NCBI GenBank assembly: GCA_963753975.1 | Contig: CAVWEH010000005.1 | Location: forward strand, 256,001-320,000 | Length of the DNA stretch: 64,000 nt | Direction of reading: 5' to 3' | Origin: an uncultured delta proteobacterium | GTDB lineage: Bacteria > Desulfobacterota > Syntrophia > Syntrophales > Smithellaceae | Part shown: in pieces, positions 60,317 through 64,000 of the stretch | Layout of the letters: each line of letters begins with the position of its first letter | How positions within the stretch are numbered: position 1 is the first letter of the stretch | The notes under the pieces: model-generated | The model's database searches: none | What the model was told of the DNA's origin: nothing | The model's input: the letters and a program-made list of their open reading frames with translations, nothing else | Program-made: the position numbers and the translations under genes

Positions 60317-62217
60317 CAACAACCAAGGAAAAAACTCTGCTGCGTTTTTCCACAACCGGTAGTGTGGACGATGGCAAGTCAACGCTGCTCGGGCGGCTGT
60401 TGTACGAAACAAAGACCATTTTCGAAGATCAGTATGCCGCTATAGAAAAAACCTCGCGAAAAAAGGGATTGGCCGAAGTTGACCTGGCGCTCCTTTTGGA
60501 TGGCTTGTCGGCGGAGCGGGAACAGGGAATTACGATTGATGTTGCCCATCGCTATTTCGAGACATCTTCAAGAAAGTTTATTATTACGGACAGCCCCGGT
60601 CATGTTCAATATACCAAAAATATGATCACCGGAGCTTCAACAGCCGACTGCGCCATTATTCTCATCGACGCTCGCAACGGCGTCCTTACCCAATCCAAAC
60701 GTCATGGATTCATTGTATCGCTCCTGCGGATTCCCCATTTGGTTGTGGCCATAAACAAGATGGATCTAGTGGAATATTCTGAAAATGTTTATAACCAAAT
60801 CGTCGAGCAATATACGGACTTTTCCGAAAAACTGGATATTCATGATATTGTCTTTATCCCGGTTTCCGCTCTCAAGGGCGACAATGTGGTGGAGAAAAGC
60901 AATAACATGCCCTGGTATGAAGGCGGCACGTTGCTCCATTATCTGGAGAATGTGCACGTTTCCGCCGACCGGAACCTGGTGGACTTCCGTTTTCCCGTTC
61001 AGTATGTTATCCGGCCGCATCAGGATTTCCGGGGCTTTGCCGGCAAGATTGTTTCCGGTACTTTGAGCCCGGGAGAGGAGATTGTCGTCCTTCCCTCGGG
61101 AAAAACGACGCGGGTGCGTTCTGTAGTAACCTATGATGGAGAACTATCAGAAGCCTTTGCCCCGCAATCTGTTGTGTTGACCTTCGAAGACGAGGTTGAC
61201 GTCAGCCGGGGCAATATGATCGTCAGGAAGAATAATCTTCCCCAGGTTGGAACGAGCTTTGAGGGCATGATCTGCTGGATGGATGATGTTCCCCTGTCCC
61301 TCAACAAGCCGTATCTTTTACAGCATACAACAAGGATTGTTAAAGCTTTTGTTTCCAGAATCGTTTATCTCGTGGATGTGAACAATCTCCATCGCCATCA
61401 GACAGAATCCCTCTCTCTTAACGATATCGGCCGGGTTGAGTTTGAAGTGACCTCGCCAATCTTTTGTGATCCTTATAAAATTAACCGTGGTACCGGCTGT
61501 TTTATTCTAATCGATCCCCTGACGCAGCACACAGTGGCGGCAGGTATGATTCGTGGTTTATCCCGAACAGTCGATGATATTGTTCCGAGAGATGAGAATA
61601 TATCGTCCAAGCAATACAAATCTCCGCACACGGTTTGGAGGGATTGGAACATTGATCGTCAGGCCAGGGAAGCCCGCAACCAGCACAAGGCCGCGGTGCT
61701 ATGGCTTACCGGATTATCCGGAGCGGGAAAATCAACTGTCGCCATGGCTCTGGAAAAAACACTTTTTCAATTAGGTTGCCAAACCATGCTTTTGGACGGG
61801 GATCAGCTTCGCCACGGCCTATCAGCAGATCTTGGATTTTCCGGAAAAGACCGGGAAGAAAATATCCACAGAGCTGCTCAAGTGGCGAGGTTGTTTTTCG
61901 AATCCGGGCATTTGGTCATTTGCACATTCATTTCTCCTTTTGCCAAAGACAGAGCCGTTGCCCGTTTACTAATTCCCGAAGGACGATTTTTTGAAATCTA
62001 TGTATCGTGCGATCTGGCTGTGTGCAAACGGCGTGATCCCAACGGATTATATGAGAAGGCCGTGCGTGGAGAAATTAAAAATTTTACCGGCGTATCATCA
62101 CCGTATGAAGCGCCGGATAATCCGGAAATCCTGTTGAATACAGATGTGCAGAGCGTAGAAGACAGCGTTGCCTGTATTATGGATATGCTGAAGAAGCGTG
62201 AAATTATAAGGCGCTAA
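60313..62217 (+). CDS. cysNC: Bifunctional sulfate adenylyltransferase subunit 1 / APS kinase (CysN/CysC, NodQ-like)
   Basis: GSVDDGKST, EREQGITIDVA, DSPGH, NKMD in the GTPase part; WLTGLSGAGKST, LDGD, DREEN, FISP, FTGVSSPYE in the kinase part. TTGA overlap with cysD. Confidence 0.96.
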   Translation: MTTTKEKTLLRFSTTGSVDDGKSTLLGRLLYETKTIFEDQYAAIEKTSRKKGLAEVDLALLLDGLSAEREQGITIDVAHRYFETSSRKFIITDSPGHVQYTKNMITGASTADCAIILIDARNGVLTQSKRHGFIVSLLRIPHLVVAINKMDLVEYSENVYNQIVEQYTDFSEKLDIHDIVFIPVSALKGDNVVEKSNNMPWYEGGTLLHYLENVHVSADRNLVDFRFPVQYVIRPHQDFRGFAGKIVSGTLSPGEEIVVLPSGKTTRVRSVVTYDGELSEAFAPQSVVLTFEDEVDVSRGNMIVRKNNLPQVGTSFEGMICWMDDVPLSLNKPYLLQHTTRIVKAFVSRIVYLVDVNNLHRHQTESLSLNDIGRVEFEVTSPIFCDPYKINRGTGCFILIDPLTQHTVAAGMIRGLSRTVDDIVPRDENISSKQYKSPHTVWRDWNIDRQAREARNQHKAAVLWLTGLSGAGKSTVAMALEKTLFQLGCQTMLLDGDQLRHGLSADLGFSGKDREENIHRAAQVARLFFESGHLVICTFISPFAKDRAVARLLIPEGRFFEIYVSCDLAVCKRRDPNGLYEKAVRGEIKNFTGVSSPYEAPDNPEILLNTDVQSVEDSVACIMDMLKKREIIRR

Positions 62218-62416
62218 TCAGACGCCCTAAAGGTATTGCTTGTTTATTAACAGATTTTTTGTAGGTAGAAAAGCGATTGAGCTTCAGAAAGTATAGCATT
62301 GAAGAGGGCAGAGAGGATTTGTTTTCCTTCAGAGACTTTATAGGCCTTAATTTGTGCTGGGGCGGATCGTGCCCGGTCAGAAAGGTTAGTTTGAATTGAC
62401 TAATTCAGCAATCACA

Positions 62417-64000
62417 ATGCATTCTCGATTACACAATACTAATGTTGAAGTCGTGGTGGCCTGGATTTCGATGTTCTTTATGCTACTCTTTGCGATGTGG
62501 ACTCTGGCGCATCACGCAGCAACGTTTCTTTACATTCCATGGCAATCTCTAAGCAGGGCGGCGGTTATGGCGAGTCTGCCCGCAACATTGCTGGCTGCCT
62601 GGGGAGCGTGGCGATTTTCAAATGCTTATTGTGAAGAGGTCACAAAAACCACATACCCGGCAGGTTTCCGGAGCATATCATCTATAATTATATTTATTGC
62701 GATAACAGCGTTGTTATTGGTTACACCGACTTATGGCTTGCGTTTTGCGCTCGCCGTGGCTGGATTTTTATTTATATGGTGGCTAACAAGACAAGAAGAT
62801 ACTCCATCTCAGTCAACGGCAGCAACCCCAGAAGCTAGCACTTCATTTTCAGGGCGCAGTGCCGCGTGTATCCTGGCGGCATTCTCTTTTATCGCCGTTG
62901 TAGTAACACTGGCAGTTCACCGACCTGATCTGGATGATTCAAGTTTCATACAAATCGCCGCCCAAACCTTGCGTCATCCAAAGCTCGCACCTCTCACCTT
63001 TGATGCATCTCTGGGATTCATCTTGGAGCCTTTTCGCTTTGCGCCTTATCGGCTTGCCTCATACGAGACGCTCGTTGCACTTCTTACTGGTTGGACCGGT
63101 TTAAATATCCTTACCGTCTATTATCTGTTACTGCCGGGGTTAACAGCAGTTTTGACAATCGGTGTCGCGTACTTGTTTGCTCGATGGTTTCTGCCGTCCG
63201 GCCCGGCGGTTTTGGCCACAGCGATATTTCTTTTAATCATGCTGGCGTGGGGAGAATCGCACTATACTTATGGGAACCGTGTATTTGTCAGGTTGTTCCA
63301 GGGCAAAGGACTTCTCATCGCACTGACAACTCCCATGTCTGTCATTGTCGGGCTTCTGCTTTTGCGTCACCCTTCTGTCTGGAATTGGATCTTTCTTGCT
63401 TTAGCACAGGTTGCAGCAATCGGCGTATCTTCTTCCGGTTTGGTTTGCACTTTTGCTACAACTGCGCTGATATTGGTCACAGCAATAAGGCGCGATCTTA
63501 AAGCTGTTGTTTTTGCGTCAGGAATAGTGGCTGCGACACTCATCTATCCGGCGATACTAGGTGTCTGGCTTAAGTTCTACAGTGGCTCGGCCATACCATT
63601 AAGTAAAATAGGCACATATCTCCCAATCAATTCTTCGCTCGGTCTGGGCATACGTGAGGCACTGGCACTAACCGCATTAGCGCTGGGGTTTGGGGCACTG
63701 CGCGTAAGTATTCAAAAACGGGAATATGGGTTGCTTGCCGGCGCGGCACTTTTGCTAATATTCAACCCATGGTTTTCCGATCTGTTATCCGGTCTATCGA
63801 CTCGAAATATGAGTTGGCGCTTAGCCTGGGCAGCGCCAATGCCGCTTCTGCTGGCTGTTGCCTTCGCGGCAGTCATTTCGCCTTTATTTTGGATGCGACC
63901 ACCGATAAAGAATCTACCCTTGTTCAGTTCGTTTATCGGAGTTGTGACGCTTATTTTTTTCTTAGCGGCGGCACGTTGGACTCTGGTGGCGTCTAACGGC
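62417..64000 (+). CDS. DUF6077-like polytopic membrane protein (putative GT-C), runs off the window
   Basis: Not in the ORF track because it is open at the edge. Manual translation is hydrophobic with HRPDLDDSSF and GNRVFVRLFQGKG motifs. In-frame TTG at 62396 is an alternative start. Confidence 0.65.
   Translation, partial: MHSRLHNTNVEVVVAWISMFFMLLFAMWTLAHHAATFLYIPWQSLSRAAVMASLPATLLAAWGAWRFSNAYCEEVTKTTYPAGFRSISSIIIFIAITALLLVTPTYGLRFALAVAGFLFIWWLTRQEDTPSQSTAATPEASTSFSGRSAACILAAFSFIAVVVTLAVHRPDLDDSSFIQIAAQTLRHPKLAPLTFDASLGFILEPFRFAPYRLASYETLVALLTGWTGLNILTVYYLLLPGLTAVLTIGVAYLFARWFLPSGPAVLATAIFLLIMLAWGESHYTYGNRVFVRLFQGKGLLIALTTPMSVIVGLLLLRHPSVWNWIFLALAQVAAIGVSSSGLVCTFATTALILVTAIRRDLKAVVFASGIVAATLIYPAILGVWLKFYSGSAIPLSKIGTYLPINSSLGLGIREALALTALALGFGALRVSIQKREYGLLAGAALLLIFNPWFSDLLSGLSTRNMSWRLAWAAPMPLLLAVAFAAVISPLFWMRPPIKNLPLFSSFIGVVTLIFFLAAARWTLVASNG

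Overview
Chromosomal segment from an anaerobic Gram-negative bacterium. Gene content and order suggest a syntrophic deltaproteobacterium (Syntrophaceae/Smithella-like); this is an inference. Left part (1-14 kb): 5'-nucleotidase, hflX, a porin, and a fatty-acid oxidation cluster (acs, etfB, etfA, membrane Fe-S oxidoreductase, acyl-CoA ligase, crotonase). Middle (14-26 kb): accessory genes (MFS, MBL hydrolase, B12/radical SAM, DUF169, USP, plant-type gpmI, IS3 relic), a frameshifted thiolase, a second acyl-CoA ligase and folD. Right part (26-64 kb): a mosaic surface-glycan/LPS locus (GT2/GT4/GT9, methyltransferases, EPS-MarR, wzx/wzz/wzy, DegT, PglC/PglF-like genes, an orphan TPP E1 alpha/beta pair, three GT-C-like membrane proteins). 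Within it, a truncated wzm runs directly into a tightly coupled pstSCAB-like/cysD/cysNC operon. Best candidate novel system: a Pst-family ABC transporter whose binding protein lacks the canonical phosphate-ligating Ser/Thr/Asp residues and is coupled to PAPS synthesis, i.e. a putative sulfate importer for glycan sulfation. Other notable items: a probable AUU start for hflX, a 29-bp direct repeat flanking a methyltransferase, and several palindromic REP/MITE-like families. No rRNA, tRNA or CRISPR array was recognised. All family calls come from motifs read by eye; no database search was run.
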